The notes under the pieces were generated by a model. The model was given only the letters and a program-made list of their open reading frames with translations, did no database searches and was not told where the DNA came from. A DNA stretch of 64,000 nucleotides from positions 114-64,113 of the forward strand of contig JAOBWH010000171.1 of the NCBI GenBank assembly GCA_025463265.1, read 5' to 3'. Positions 8,569-17,552 of the stretch are shown in pieces (the stretch's first letter is position 1; every line of letters begins with the position of its first letter). The position numbers and the translations under genes are program-made. This stretch comes from Ilumatobacteraceae bacterium. GTDB lineage: Bacteria > Actinomycetota > Acidimicrobiia > Acidimicrobiales > Iamiaceae.

Positions 8569-10284
8569 TCAGATGGGGCGGACCTCGCAGCGGACCGTGG
8601 TGCCCACATCGGGCGTCCCGGCGATGTCGAGGGTGGCCCCGATGCTGGCGGCCCGCTCCCGCATGCCGACGATGCCGTAGCTGTCGAGGCGGCCCGCCCG
8701 TGAGGTCGGGAAACCGATCCCGTCGTCGGCCACGAGCAGCAGCGCCCGGGCGCCGTCGCTCTGCCACGTGACGACCACGCGGCTGGCCTTGGCGTGGCGC
8801 TCGACGTTGGTCACCGCCTCCTGGGCGATGCGCCACAGCTCGCGCTCCTGGAGCAGCGGCAACCGTCCGCTCACCCGCAGGTCCAGGCGGGTCTCGAGCG
8901 AGCTCCGAGCTGCCACCCGGTCGAGGAACTCCTGGAGCGTGGCCGGCATGTCCTTGGAGTCGGTGACGTCGGTGCGCAGGTCGTAGAGGGTGTCGCGGAC
9001 CTCGCCGATGACGCCGCGCACGTCGTTGCGGAGCTGGCCCAGCTGGGTGGAGACCGGCTTGCCCTGGCCGTCGGCCTTCACGATGCGGTCCAGCTCGAAC
9101 GCCAGGTAGGCGAGCGACTGGCCGATGCGGTCGTGGAGGTCGCGGGCGATGCGGGTGCGCTCCTCGTCGGCGCCGACGGTGCGGAGGCGGGCGAACCAGC
9201 GGGCGTTGTCGACGGCGAGGGCGGCCGGCTCCACGAACCCGTTGAGCAGCTCCTGGTCCCGCAGCTCGAAGTGGGCGGCGTGGCGGTGCTCGAGGGCGAC
9301 GAGCCCGACGACCGCCTGGCGGGCGGGGAGCGCGGCGTACAGGCCCGACACCATCTCCGCCGACACCCCGCCGCCGGAGTGGAGCAGCTCGTTGATCATC
9401 ACGGGCTGGCGGACGGCGAGCGCCTCTTGCAGCGGACCTGGCAGCTCGTGGGTGGCGTAGGACGGCGCTGGGCGCGGCCCGTCCCACCGCACCACCACCC
9501 AGCTCTCGTCGGTCTCGTCGAGGAGGAGGACCGTCGCCCCGTCGAAGGTGAACAGATCCCGGAGCCGGCCCATCGTCGTGTCGAGGACCTCCTCCATGTC
9601 GAGCGAGGCGGGGAGGGACTGGGCGACGCGGTGCAGGGAGTACAGCAGCGTGTTGGCGTCGGCCAGCCGGCCGAGGCGGTCGAGGGCGAGCGAGTGGGCC
9701 CGATCGGCCTCGCCGGTGACCCGGCGGGCGTAGCCGGCGATGAGCGCCACCAGGATCAGCTCGACCGTCCACTGGGCCGAGGTCCGCAGGTCGGTGACCG
9801 TGGCGCCGTCCTGGAGCATGAACGGGATGCCGATCGCCAGGCACGAGGCGATGCTGACGCGCAGCGCGAACGCGAAGCCCCGGGCGAAGCCGGCCACCAT
9901 CACCGCGGTGATCAGGGCGAAGATGAACGGCGACTCCCAGTACCCGGTGGCCGCCACCGCGATGGTGTGGAACGCCACCTCGCCGATGACCCGGACCAGG
10001 CTGCGGAGGTCGTCGACGTAGCGCACCGGGCGCACGATGCGGAAGACGTTGTACCCGACGATCAGGAAGCACCAGCCGACGGTCCACAGATCGCCATCGG
10101 TGAACGCCGGGCTCGCGAGCGCCACCGAGACGGCCGTGGTCCCGCCGCGGATGCCGAGGATGGCCGGGCGGAACGGCGCCACCTGATCGGTGCGGAGCTC
10201 GTCGTCGGGTGCCATGGCCCAGCGACCGCGGGGCGGCGTCGTCGGAGCGCGCCGCAGGTCGGGAGCATCGGACACGATGGTCAT
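8569..10284 (-). CDS. Sensor histidine kinase (membrane domain, GAF-like, HisKA_3, HATPase_c)
   Basis: About 5 N-terminal TMs. H-box RIARDLHDRIGQSL (HisKA_3). N-box and G-box (EAVTNVERHA, DDGIGF, GIVGMRERA). Lies 58 nt upstream of the LuxR regulator on the same strand. Confidence 0.85.
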   Translation of the reverse strand: MTIVSDAPDLRRAPTTPPRGRWAMAPDDELRTDQVAPFRPAILGIRGGTTAVSVALASPAFTDGDLWTVGWCFLIVGYNVFRIVRPVRYVDDLRSLVRVIGEVAFHTIAVAATGYWESPFIFALITAVMVAGFARGFAFALRVSIASCLAIGIPFMLQDGATVTDLRTSAQWTVELILVALIAGYARRVTGEADRAHSLALDRLGRLADANTLLYSLHRVAQSLPASLDMEEVLDTTMGRLRDLFTFDGATVLLLDETDESWVVVRWDGPRPAPSYATHELPGPLQEALAVRQPVMINELLHSGGGVSAEMVSGLYAALPARQAVVGLVALEHRHAAHFELRDQELLNGFVEPAALAVDNARWFARLRTVGADEERTRIARDLHDRIGQSLAYLAFELDRIVKADGQGKPVSTQLGQLRNDVRGVIGEVRDTLYDLRTDVTDSKDMPATLQEFLDRVAARSSLETRLDLRVSGRLPLLQERELWRIAQEAVTNVERHAKASRVVVTWQSDGARALLLVADDGIGFPTSRAGRLDSYGIVGMRERAASIGATLDIAGTPDVGTTVRCEVRPI

Positions 10285-10338
10285 CGGTCGTCAGGCTACG
10301 ACTCCGGCCCCGGCGCGCGCGGGTCCTACCGTGGGGCC

Positions 10339-10938
10339 ATGTTGCTCATCGGGTTGACCGGAGGGATCGGGTCGGGGAAGTCGACCGTGTCGGCTCGCCT
10401 GGCGGAGCACGGTGCGGTCGTGATCGACGCCGACGCCATCGTGCACGAGCTCCAGCGGCCCGGTGAGCCGGTGCTGGCGGCCATGGTCGAGCGCTTCGGG
10501 CCCGCGATCCTCAAGAGCGACGGCACGCTGCGCCGCCAGGCGGTCGCCGACATCGTGTTCAACGACGCGGCGGCCCTCCGCGACCTCGGCGCCATCGTCC
10601 ACCCGGCCGTCGCGCTCGAGATCGAGCGGCGCATCGCCGAGCAGGTCGACGGGGACCGCGTCGTGGTCCTCGACGTCCCGCTCCTGGTGGAGTCCGGCCG
10701 CGACGACATGGCCGGGACCATCGTCGTCGACGTGGATCCGGAGGTCGCCATCGCCCGGCTCGTCGAGCACCGGGGCTTCTCCGAGGCCGACGCCCGCGCC
10801 CGGGTCGCCCGGCAGGCTTCGCGCGAGGAGCGGGTGGCCAAGGCGGACCTCGTCATCGACAACGCCGGCACCGTCGCCGAGCTGGAGGCCCAGGCCGACG
10901 CGGCATGGGCCTGGACGCAGGGCCTTCCCCGCACCTGA
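10339..10938 (+). CDS. coaE: Dephospho-CoA kinase
   Basis: [18 protein letters not shown]-loop at the N-terminus, typical CoaE length and motifs. Only the 3' part of the 8794-10938 ORF is real. Confidence 0.9.
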   Translation: MLLIGLTGGIGSGKSTVSARLAEHGAVVIDADAIVHELQRPGEPVLAAMVERFGPAILKSDGTLRRQAVADIVFNDAAALRDLGAIVHPAVALEIERRIAEQVDGDRVVVLDVPLLVESGRDDMAGTIVVDVDPEVAIARLVEHRGFSEADARARVARQASREERVAKADLVIDNAGTVAELEAQADAAWAWTQGLPRT

Positions 10939-10985
10939 CCTTCGCGGGGTACGGTCCCGCCGACGGTCAAGCGAAGGGGTCAGCG

Positions 10986-12086
10986 ATGGCACAGCAGGTC
11001 AAGGGCGTGGTCGCCACCAGCAAGGGGGCGCCGGTGTCGGTCGAGACCATCGAGGTGCCCGATCCCGGACCCGGTGAGGCGCTGATCCAGGTGCAGGCGT
11101 GCGGCGTGTGCCACACCGACCTGCACTACCGCGAGGGCGCCATCAACGACGACTTCCCGTTCCTGCTCGGCCACGAGGCCGCCGGGATCGTGGAGTCGGT
11201 GGGCCCCGATGTCACCGATGTGGCGCCCGGCGACTTCGTGATCTTGAACTGGCGGGCCGTGTGCGGCGAGTGCCGCTCGTGCCGGCGCGGCCGGCCCCAG
11301 TACTGCTTCGCCACCCACAACGCGACCCAGAAGATGACGCTCGACGGCCGTGAGCTCAGCCCGGCGCTGGGCATCGGCGCCTTCGCCGAGAAGACGCTGG
11401 TCGCCGCGGGCCAGGCCACCAAGGTCGATGCCCGGGCCCGTCCCGAGGCCGCCGGTCTCCTGGGCTGCGGCGTCATGGCCGGGATCGGCGCCGCCATGTT
11501 CACCGGCGAGGTCGGTCCCGGGGACTCGGTCGCCGTCTTCGGCTGCGGCGGGGTCGGCGACGCCGCCATCATGGGCGCCCGCCTGGCCGGCGCGTCGAAG
11601 ATCATCGCCGTCGACCTCGACGCCAAGAAGCTCGAGCTGGCCACGGCGTTCGGCGCCACCCACACGGTCCTGGCCTCCGAGGTCGACCCCGTCGACGCGA
11701 TCCAGGCCCTCACCGACGGCAACGGTGCCGATGTGTGCATCGAGGCCGTCGGCCATCCCGCCGTGTTCGAGCAGGCGTTCCACGCCCGCGACCTGGCCGG
11801 CACGGTGGTGCAGGTCGGGGTCCCGGACCCCGAGATGCGCATCGAGCTCCCCATGATCGACTTCTTCGGCCGGGGCGGTCGCCTCAAGCCGTCGTGGTAC
11901 GGCGACTGCCTGCCCAGCCGGGACTTCCCGATGCTGATCGACCTGTACCTCCAGGGCCGCCTCGACCTCGACCGGTTCGTCTCCGAGACCATCGCCCTCG
12001 ACGAGGTCGAGGAGGCGTTCCACCGCATGGAGCGCGGCGAGGTCCTGCGCTCGGTGGTCGTCATCGGCGATCGGGCGGTCCGCTGA
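10986..12086 (+). CDS. mscR: S-(hydroxymethyl)mycothiol dehydrogenase / class III Zn alcohol dehydrogenase
   Basis: [47 protein letters not shown] and [24 protein letters not shown] closely resemble, as I recall it, mycobacterial MscR/AdhE2 along the whole length. Confidence 0.85.
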   Translation: MAQQVKGVVATSKGAPVSVETIEVPDPGPGEALIQVQACGVCHTDLHYREGAINDDFPFLLGHEAAGIVESVGPDVTDVAPGDFVILNWRAVCGECRSCRRGRPQYCFATHNATQKMTLDGRELSPALGIGAFAEKTLVAAGQATKVDARARPEAAGLLGCGVMAGIGAAMFTGEVGPGDSVAVFGCGGVGDAAIMGARLAGASKIIAVDLDAKKLELATAFGATHTVLASEVDPVDAIQALTDGNGADVCIEAVGHPAVFEQAFHARDLAGTVVQVGVPDPEMRIELPMIDFFGRGGRLKPSWYGDCLPSRDFPMLIDLYLQGRLDLDRFVSETIALDEVEEAFHRMERGEVLRSVVVIGDRAVR

Positions 12087-12730
12087 TGGCCGCCCGGGTC
12101 GAGCGGGTGGTCACCAGCGGCACGTTCTCCCTCGACGGCGAGGACTTCGACGTCGACAACAACATCTGGCTGGTCGGCGACGACCACGAGGTGCTGGTCG
12201 TCGATGCCGCCCACGAGGCGGCGCCCATCATCGAGGGCGTGGCCGGACGGCGCGTGGTGGCCGTGCTGTGCACCCACGGCCACAACGACCACATCAACGT
12301 GGCGGCCGAGGTCGCCGATGCCACGGGCGCCCCGATCTGGCTGCACCCCGACGACCGGATGCTCTGGGAGGTGGTGAACCCGGACCGCCCCGTCGACGCC
12401 CCCCTGGCCGACGGCCAGGAGGTGACCGTGGGCGACACCACGCTGCGGGTCCTGCACACGCCGGGTCACAGCCCCGGCGGCTGCTGCCTCCACGACGCCG
12501 AGGGTGCCGTGCTGTTCTCGGGCGACACCTTGTTCAACGGCGGGCCGGGAGCCACCGGCCGCTCGTTCTCCAGCAAGCCGGCGATCCTCCACAGCATCGC
12601 CAAGCGCCTGCTCACCCTCCCCGGCGACACCGTCGTCCACACCGGCCACGGCGACGACACCACCATCGGCGCCGAGGCCGACGGCGTCTCCGCCCAGCTG
12701 GCCGACCTCGGCGACGCCGAGCGTCGCTAG
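12086..12730 (+). CDS. MBL-fold metallo-hydrolase (candidate S-formylmycothiol hydrolase partner of MscR)
   Basis: THGHNDH metal motif and later HTPGHSPG. ATGA overlap with the mscR stop. The same gene pairing occurs in mycobacteria. Confidence 0.85.
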   Translation: MAARVERVVTSGTFSLDGEDFDVDNNIWLVGDDHEVLVVDAAHEAAPIIEGVAGRRVVAVLCTHGHNDHINVAAEVADATGAPIWLHPDDRMLWEVVNPDRPVDAPLADGQEVTVGDTTLRVLHTPGHSPGGCCLHDAEGAVLFSGDTLFNGGPGATGRSFSSKPAILHSIAKRLLTLPGDTVVHTGHGDDTTIGAEADGVSAQLADLGDAERR

Positions 12731-14346
12731 AGGGCCTGCTCTCTCGCCCAGCGGTAGTCGGCCTTGCCGGCGGGGGAGCGGACCAGGGCCTCGCGGTAGA
12801 CGAACGCCTTCGGGAGCTTGTAGCGGGCGACGTGGGTGACGGCCTCGGCGAGGAGCTCCTCGTCGGTCACCTCGGCGCCCTCGGCCAGCTGGACGATGGC
12901 GACGACCTCCGAGCCCCACTGCTCGCTCGGGCGGCCCACCACGATCACGTCGTAGACGGACGGGTGGTGGGCGAGGGCCTGCTCGACCTCCTCGGCGAAG
13001 ATCTTCTCGCCGCCCGAGTTGATGGTGACCGAGTCCCGGCCGAGCAGCTCGATGATCCCGTCCTCGTTCCAGTTCGCCCGATCACCGGGGACGGCGAAGC
13101 GGGTGCCCTCGATGACGGGGAACGTGGCGGCGGTCTTGGCCGCGTCGCCCAGGTAGCCGAGCGGGACGTGGCCCCGCTGGGCGAGCCAGCCGGTCTCGGT
13201 GGAGCCGGGTGCCAGCTCGGTGGACAGATCGGCGGACACCACCGAGGTCTCGGGGCCGGGCTGGAAGGTGCCGGTGGCCGTCGCGCCCTTCATGGAGGTG
13301 TGGCCCATCTGGGCGCCCGTCTCCGACGAGCCGACGGCGTCGAGGACGATGGCGTGGGGCACGTGCTCGAGGAAGCGGTCCTTGAGCGAGGAGTTCATCG
13401 CCGCGCCCCCGCTGACGAGGGCGAGGAAGCCCGAGAGGTCGTAGGACTGCCGGTCGAGCTCGTCGATGAGCGGCCGGGCCATGGCGTCGCCCACGATCTG
13501 GAGGGTGAGGACCTTGTGCTCGGCGACGCTGGCCCACACATCGGCGGGGACGAGCTTCTTGGTCTCGCGCGGGAGCGCCACCGTGTTGCCGTTGGTGAAC
13601 GAGGTGAAGGTCGCCCACTGGGCGGCGCCGTGCATGAGCGGGGCGGCGGACATCATCGCCACGCCCCCGTTCCTCGAGGTCTCGACCACGGCATCGAGGT
13701 CGGCGAAGGCGTCCTTCTGCCCGAACGGCCGGCCGCCCATGGCGCTGATGAAGATGTCGTGCTGGCGCCACAGGACGCCCTTGGGCATGCCCGTGGTGCC
13801 GCCGGTGTAGAGGATGTAGAGGTCGTCGGGCGACCACTCGACATCGGGACGCTCGGTCGACGACGCCGCGAGCAGGTCCTCGTACTCGATGGCCCCCGGC
13901 AGGAGCGCGTTGCCCGAATCGTCGGGCACCTGGACCAGCAGCTCGACGCAGTCGAGCTGCGGCAGCACCTCGGCCAGGGTGGGCGCGAAGGCCGAGTGGA
14001 ACACCACGACCTTCGCCTGGGCGTTGTCGAGCAGGTACTGGAGCTCCTCGGCCACGTAGCGGTAGTTCACGTTGAACGGCGCGGCACGGGCCTTGAAGGC
14101 GCCGAGCATCGCCTCGATGTACTCGTTGCCGTTGTGGAGGTAGAGGGCGACGTGGTCCTGGCCCGACTCGTGGCCGTCGAGCTCGTCGCGCTCGCGGTGG
14201 ATGCCGATGCCCCGCTCGAGCAGGGCGTTCGCGAACTGCCGGGTGCGGTCCGTGAGCTCCCGGTAGGTCCACCGGCGCTCGCCCCAGATCAGCGCGGGGC
14301 GGTCGGGGTTCGCCTCGGCGACCGCTTCGTGGACCTGAGCGAGGTT
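12727..14346 (-). CDS. Acyl-CoA synthetase (AMP-binding, FadD-like); N-terminus unresolved, no canonical start upstream of ATG 14109
   Basis: AMP-binding motifs YTGGTTGMPKGV, GYLGD and SGGEKIF. Conserved coding continues upstream of the ORF-track start (FNLAQVHEAVAEANPDRPALIWGERRWTYRELTDRT at about 14346-14240) but has no ATG/GTG/TTG in frame. See the finding. Confidence 0.75.
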   Translation of the reverse strand, partial: NLAQVHEAVAEANPDRPALIWGERRWTYRELTDRTRQFANALLERGIGIHRERDELDGHESGQDHVALYLHNGNEYIEAMLGAFKARAAPFNVNYRYVAEELQYLLDNAQAKVVVFHSAFAPTLAEVLPQLDCVELLVQVPDDSGNALLPGAIEYEDLLAASSTERPDVEWSPDDLYILYTGGTTGMPKGVLWRQHDIFISAMGGRPFGQKDAFADLDAVVETSRNGGVAMMSAAPLMHGAAQWATFTSFTNGNTVALPRETKKLVPADVWASVAEHKVLTLQIVGDAMARPLIDELDRQSYDLSGFLALVSGGAAMNSSLKDRFLEHVPHAIVLDAVGSSETGAQMGHTSMKGATATGTFQPGPETSVVSADLSTELAPGSTETGWLAQRGHVPLGYLGDAAKTAATFPVIEGTRFAVPGDRANWNEDGIIELLGRDSVTINSGGEKIFAEEVEQALAHHPSVYDVIVVGRPSEQWGSEVVAIVQLAEGAEVTDEELLAEAVTHVARYKLPKAFVYREALVRSPAGKADYRWAREQAL

Positions 14347-14360
14347 GAACGCCCTCGGAG

Positions 14361-14369
14361 CTCCTGGGC
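14361..14369. repeat. G9/C9 homopolymer tract
   Basis: Nine consecutive G on the + strand, read directly. Lies inside the 5' region of the acyl-CoA synthetase reading frames. Confidence 0.95.
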
Positions 14370-14551
14370 AGGGGGGGGGACGGGTGGGGGAGGCTACCTC
14401 CGCGCCGCAAGCCCGTCGCCTGACGGTTCGGAGGGGCTGGGCGAACTACCATTCGGCGGTCGACCGAACGAGGGTGCGGTCAGCGGTGGGAGGAACCGAT
14501 GCTCTGTGGACGCGAGCACCAGGCTGGCCCTGGTGCGGAAGAGGATGCCCG

Positions 14552-15817
14552 ATGAACGTTGCCGACCTCGCTGCAGAGCTGGAGGTGCCGACGTCGATGA
14601 TCCTCGACCAGTGCCAGCGGTTCGGGATCGATGCGTCGTGGTCGGGGGCGGAGCTCAGCGGAGCCGACCTGGTCCTGCTGCGAGCCGAGCTCGCCGCCGC
14701 CGACCCCATCGACCTCCGTCCCGCCGACGTGGACGCGGCATCCACCGGGTCCGCGGCACCGGACCTGCCCGCGGCACCCGCGGCACCCGACGCGCCCGCT
14801 TCACCCGCACCGGGCGCGACGGACGCCGATGCCGACGCCGACGCCGTGGCGGCTGACCCGCCGACAGCCGAGCCCGCACCCCTCCCGCCCACCGCGGTGG
14901 GCTCGATGCCCGAGCTGATCGACGAGGTCACCCCGAGCGGGCCGGCTTCGGCGGACCCGCCTGCTGGCGGTGCGGCATCGTCGAGCGCCCCCGGGTTCTC
15001 GATGGGCGGCGCCGGGGCGGTCATCCCGCCGGCCACGCGCCAGGTGCTGGCCCGACCGGCGCCCACGAAGCGCCGCCTGGAGCGCGGGGCGCGCAACTCG
15101 GTCGTCGCGCTGGTGGTGGCCCTGGTGGCCTTCGCCGCCAGCAACTTCACCGAGATCGCCGTGCTGGTGCTCCTGCTGTGGCTTGTCACCATCATCGCCC
15201 TGTGCGTGGCCGTGACCGACGGCATCCGCGGCCGTCGCCGGGTCCAGACCCATCCCGAGCGGTTCAGCGGGCAGTGGCTCGCCACCATCGCCGTGGTCCT
15301 GGCCATCGGGGGCATCGTGGGGCTCACCGCGTCGGTGGTGGGAGCCGTCGGGGACGACCCTGCGGCCGACGCACCGCTCGGCGTGGGCAAGCTCCAGTCC
15401 GTGCAGGTGGCGCGCTGGGGCCACCAGCGGGTCCAGCGCTACTCCGACAACGGCTGGCGCCAGCCGGCCCGCGACGAAGGCTCCTGCTGGGAGATCGATC
15501 CCCGCAAGCAGCGCGACGAGAACCGGGTCGAGACCCCGGACGCCTCGGATCTCACCCAGTGCGACCGGCCCCACCGGCTCGAGGTGGCGAAGGTGTTCGC
15601 GTACAACCACGACGCCGACGCCTCGTACCCGTCGATGCCCGCCTTCGTGAAGGCCGCCGACAAGCAGTGCGGTGCGCTCCACGAGCGCCTCGTCGACAAG
15701 GGCGTCGCGGTCCAGCTCCAGGTCGAGGTTCCCACCGAGGTCGGCTGGGGCGACGGTGACCACGACGTGGCCTGCGTGCTGATCACCGACGAGCGCGCCG
15801 AGCCCCTCCTCAGCTGA
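14552..15817 (+). CDS. Membrane protein: IF2_N-like N-terminal domain, Pro/Ala-rich linker, TM helices, C-terminal septum-formation-family domain
   Basis: The N-terminus MNVADLAAELEVPTSMILDQCQRFGIDAS resembles the IF-2 N-terminal helical domain. P/A low-complexity linker and 3 TM helices. Cys-containing C-terminal domain (GSCWEID...CDRPHRLEV...CGAL...VACVLI) of the actinobacterial septum-formation type. Confidence 0.65.
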   Translation: MNVADLAAELEVPTSMILDQCQRFGIDASWSGAELSGADLVLLRAELAAADPIDLRPADVDAASTGSAAPDLPAAPAAPDAPASPAPGATDADADADAVAADPPTAEPAPLPPTAVGSMPELIDEVTPSGPASADPPAGGAASSSAPGFSMGGAGAVIPPATRQVLARPAPTKRRLERGARNSVVALVVALVAFAASNFTEIAVLVLLLWLVTIIALCVAVTDGIRGRRRVQTHPERFSGQWLATIAVVLAIGGIVGLTASVVGAVGDDPAADAPLGVGKLQSVQVARWGHQRVQRYSDNGWRQPARDEGSCWEIDPRKQRDENRVETPDASDLTQCDRPHRLEVAKVFAYNHDADASYPSMPAFVKAADKQCGALHERLVDKGVAVQLQVEVPTEVGWGDGDHDVACVLITDERAEPLLS

Positions 15818-15841
15818 GACGGGTCTCGCCGGCGGGCGGGG

Positions 15842-17458
15842 TCAGGCCGGCGCGGACCCGGTGAGGACCGCGGCCGCGGCCCACTCCAGGTCGGCCTTGC
15901 CCGACGCGCGGCGCAGGACCTCGTCGACGATCACGACCCGGCGCGGCACCTTGAAGTCGGCGAGGTGGCTGCGGCAGTGCGCGTCGAGCGAGGGCAGGTC
16001 GATGGCTCGGCCGGGTCGGTGGGCGACGACGGCGGCGACCCGCTCGCCGAACCGGTCGTCGGGGGTGCCCACCACCACGGCGTCGAAGACGTCCGGATGG
16101 GCCTTGAGCACCCGTTCGACCTCTTCGGGGAAGACCTTCTCGCCGCCGGAGTTGATGGACGACGCGCCCCGCCCGAGCAGGGTGATGGAGCCGTCGGCCT
16201 CGATGCGGCCGAGGTCGCCGGGGATGGCCCACCGCTGGCCGTGCAGATCGACGAAGGTCTCGGCGCTGCGCTCGGGGTCGCCGTGGTAGCCGAGCGGGAT
16301 GCGGCCCCGCTTGGCGAGCCGGCCGATGAGGCCGCTGCCGGGCGGCGCCGGGCGGCCGGCGTCATCGAGCACGGTCGTGAACTCGTCGACGTGGAAGCGG
16401 GGGAGCGCCGTCGGCGGCTGGCCCGCCCAGATGGGCATCTGGCCCTGGCCGCCGGTCTCCGACGTGCCGTAGCCGTCGACGACGACCACCCACGGCAGCG
16501 GGTCGAGCAGCGCGTCGCGCACGACCGGTGAGAGCACCGCGCCGCCGGACAGCACGACGAGGAGGTCGTCGAGCGGCCAGCGGTCGGGCTCGGCGGCGAG
16601 GGCGTCGGCCAGCGGCCGCCCGAAGGCGTCGCCGACGATCACCAGGATCGTGGCCCGTTCGGTGTCGGCGAGATCCCAGAGGCGAGCGGCGTCGAACGTG
16701 GGGCTGGTGTCGATGATGACGGTGCCGCCGTGCAGGAGCGTGGACAGTGCCGTCCAGTGGGCGGTGCCGTGCGTGAACGGGGAGGCCGGCAGGCAGCGGG
16801 TGCGGCCGGTGCGCGCGTTGGTCACCACCTCCTCGGGAGCGATGGCCGGGTCGCCGCCCGGGTTCCCGCCGCCGAGGGCGGCGAACAAGAGGTCCTCGTG
16901 GCGCCAGACGACGCCCTTGGGCAGGCCGGTCGTGCCGCCCGTGTAGAGGAGGTAGCGGTCGTCGCCGCTGCGCTCCAGCACGGGTCGGGCGGGGTCGGCG
17001 GCGGCGATGGCGGCCTCGTAGCGGTGGCCGCGCACCAGGCAGGGGACCGCTGCGCCGTCGACGGCGGCGGCGATCCGCTCGGCGCGGTCGGCCTCGTGGA
17101 GGATGAAGCGGGGTGCGGCATCGGCCACGAGGTACCGCAGCTCGTCCACGGTGTAGCGGGTGTTGACGTTGATGGGGATGGCGCGCAGCTTGAACGCGGC
17201 CAGCATCGCCTCGAGGTACTCGTTGCCGTTGCGCAGCGCCACGAAGACGTGGTCGCCGACGCCGACCCCGGCGGCCTCGAGGACGTGGGCCAACCGGCTC
17301 GCCCGCTCATCGAGCTCGTCGAAGGTGAGCCGCCGCTCGCCGGCCACCACGGCCAGCCGCCCACCGACTGCGTCGACCACGGCCTCGAAGAGGTCCCCAA
17401 GGTTCCAGGTCAGCACTGCGGCGACGCTACTGGTGCCGGGATCGGCCCCGAAATCCAC
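15842..17458 (-). CDS. Acyl-CoA synthetase (AMP-binding), paralog of 12727-14346
   Basis: 538 aa with YTGGTTGLPKGV, GYHGD and SGGEKVF. Aligns along its whole length with the other synthetase. Confidence 0.85.
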   Translation of the reverse strand: MDFGADPGTSSVAAVLTWNLGDLFEAVVDAVGGRLAVVAGERRLTFDELDERASRLAHVLEAAGVGVGDHVFVALRNGNEYLEAMLAAFKLRAIPINVNTRYTVDELRYLVADAAPRFILHEADRAERIAAAVDGAAVPCLVRGHRYEAAIAAADPARPVLERSGDDRYLLYTGGTTGLPKGVVWRHEDLLFAALGGGNPGGDPAIAPEEVVTNARTGRTRCLPASPFTHGTAHWTALSTLLHGGTVIIDTSPTFDAARLWDLADTERATILVIVGDAFGRPLADALAAEPDRWPLDDLLVVLSGGAVLSPVVRDALLDPLPWVVVVDGYGTSETGGQGQMPIWAGQPPTALPRFHVDEFTTVLDDAGRPAPPGSGLIGRLAKRGRIPLGYHGDPERSAETFVDLHGQRWAIPGDLGRIEADGSITLLGRGASSINSGGEKVFPEEVERVLKAHPDVFDAVVVGTPDDRFGERVAAVVAHRPGRAIDLPSLDAHCRSHLADFKVPRRVVIVDEVLRRASGKADLEWAAAAVLTGSAPA

Positions 17459-17552
17459 CCGGCCCGACCCTGTTCAGGACGCCTCACGGGCGGTCCCAGC
17501 GGCTCCTGATGGCCAGCGGACAGGACGGCGAACCGGTGCACCGCTTGGCACG

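Noticed and set aside
8495-10938. 530-aa minus-strand ORF and 714-aa + ORF covering the histidine kinase gene
   Set aside because: The kinase frame (8569-10284) carries the H-, N- and G-boxes. Only the last 200 codons of the 714-aa ORF (coaE) are real.
14356-14385. G-quadruplex motif (GGG-CA-G9-AC-GGG-T-GGGGG) upstream of the septum-domain gene
   Set aside because: G-runs of this kind are expected by chance in 70% GC DNA and there is no supporting evidence. The homopolymer is reported only for its reading-frame consequence.
11126-14856. 597-aa minus-strand ORF, 862-aa + ORF and 456-aa minus-strand ORF across mscR, the MBL hydrolase and the acyl-CoA synthetase
   Set aside because: Antisense or off-frame shadows with repetitive R/G/P/H composition. 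The 456-aa ORF matters only because its ATG (14452) would join the synthetase frame after a 1-nt change in the C9 tract.
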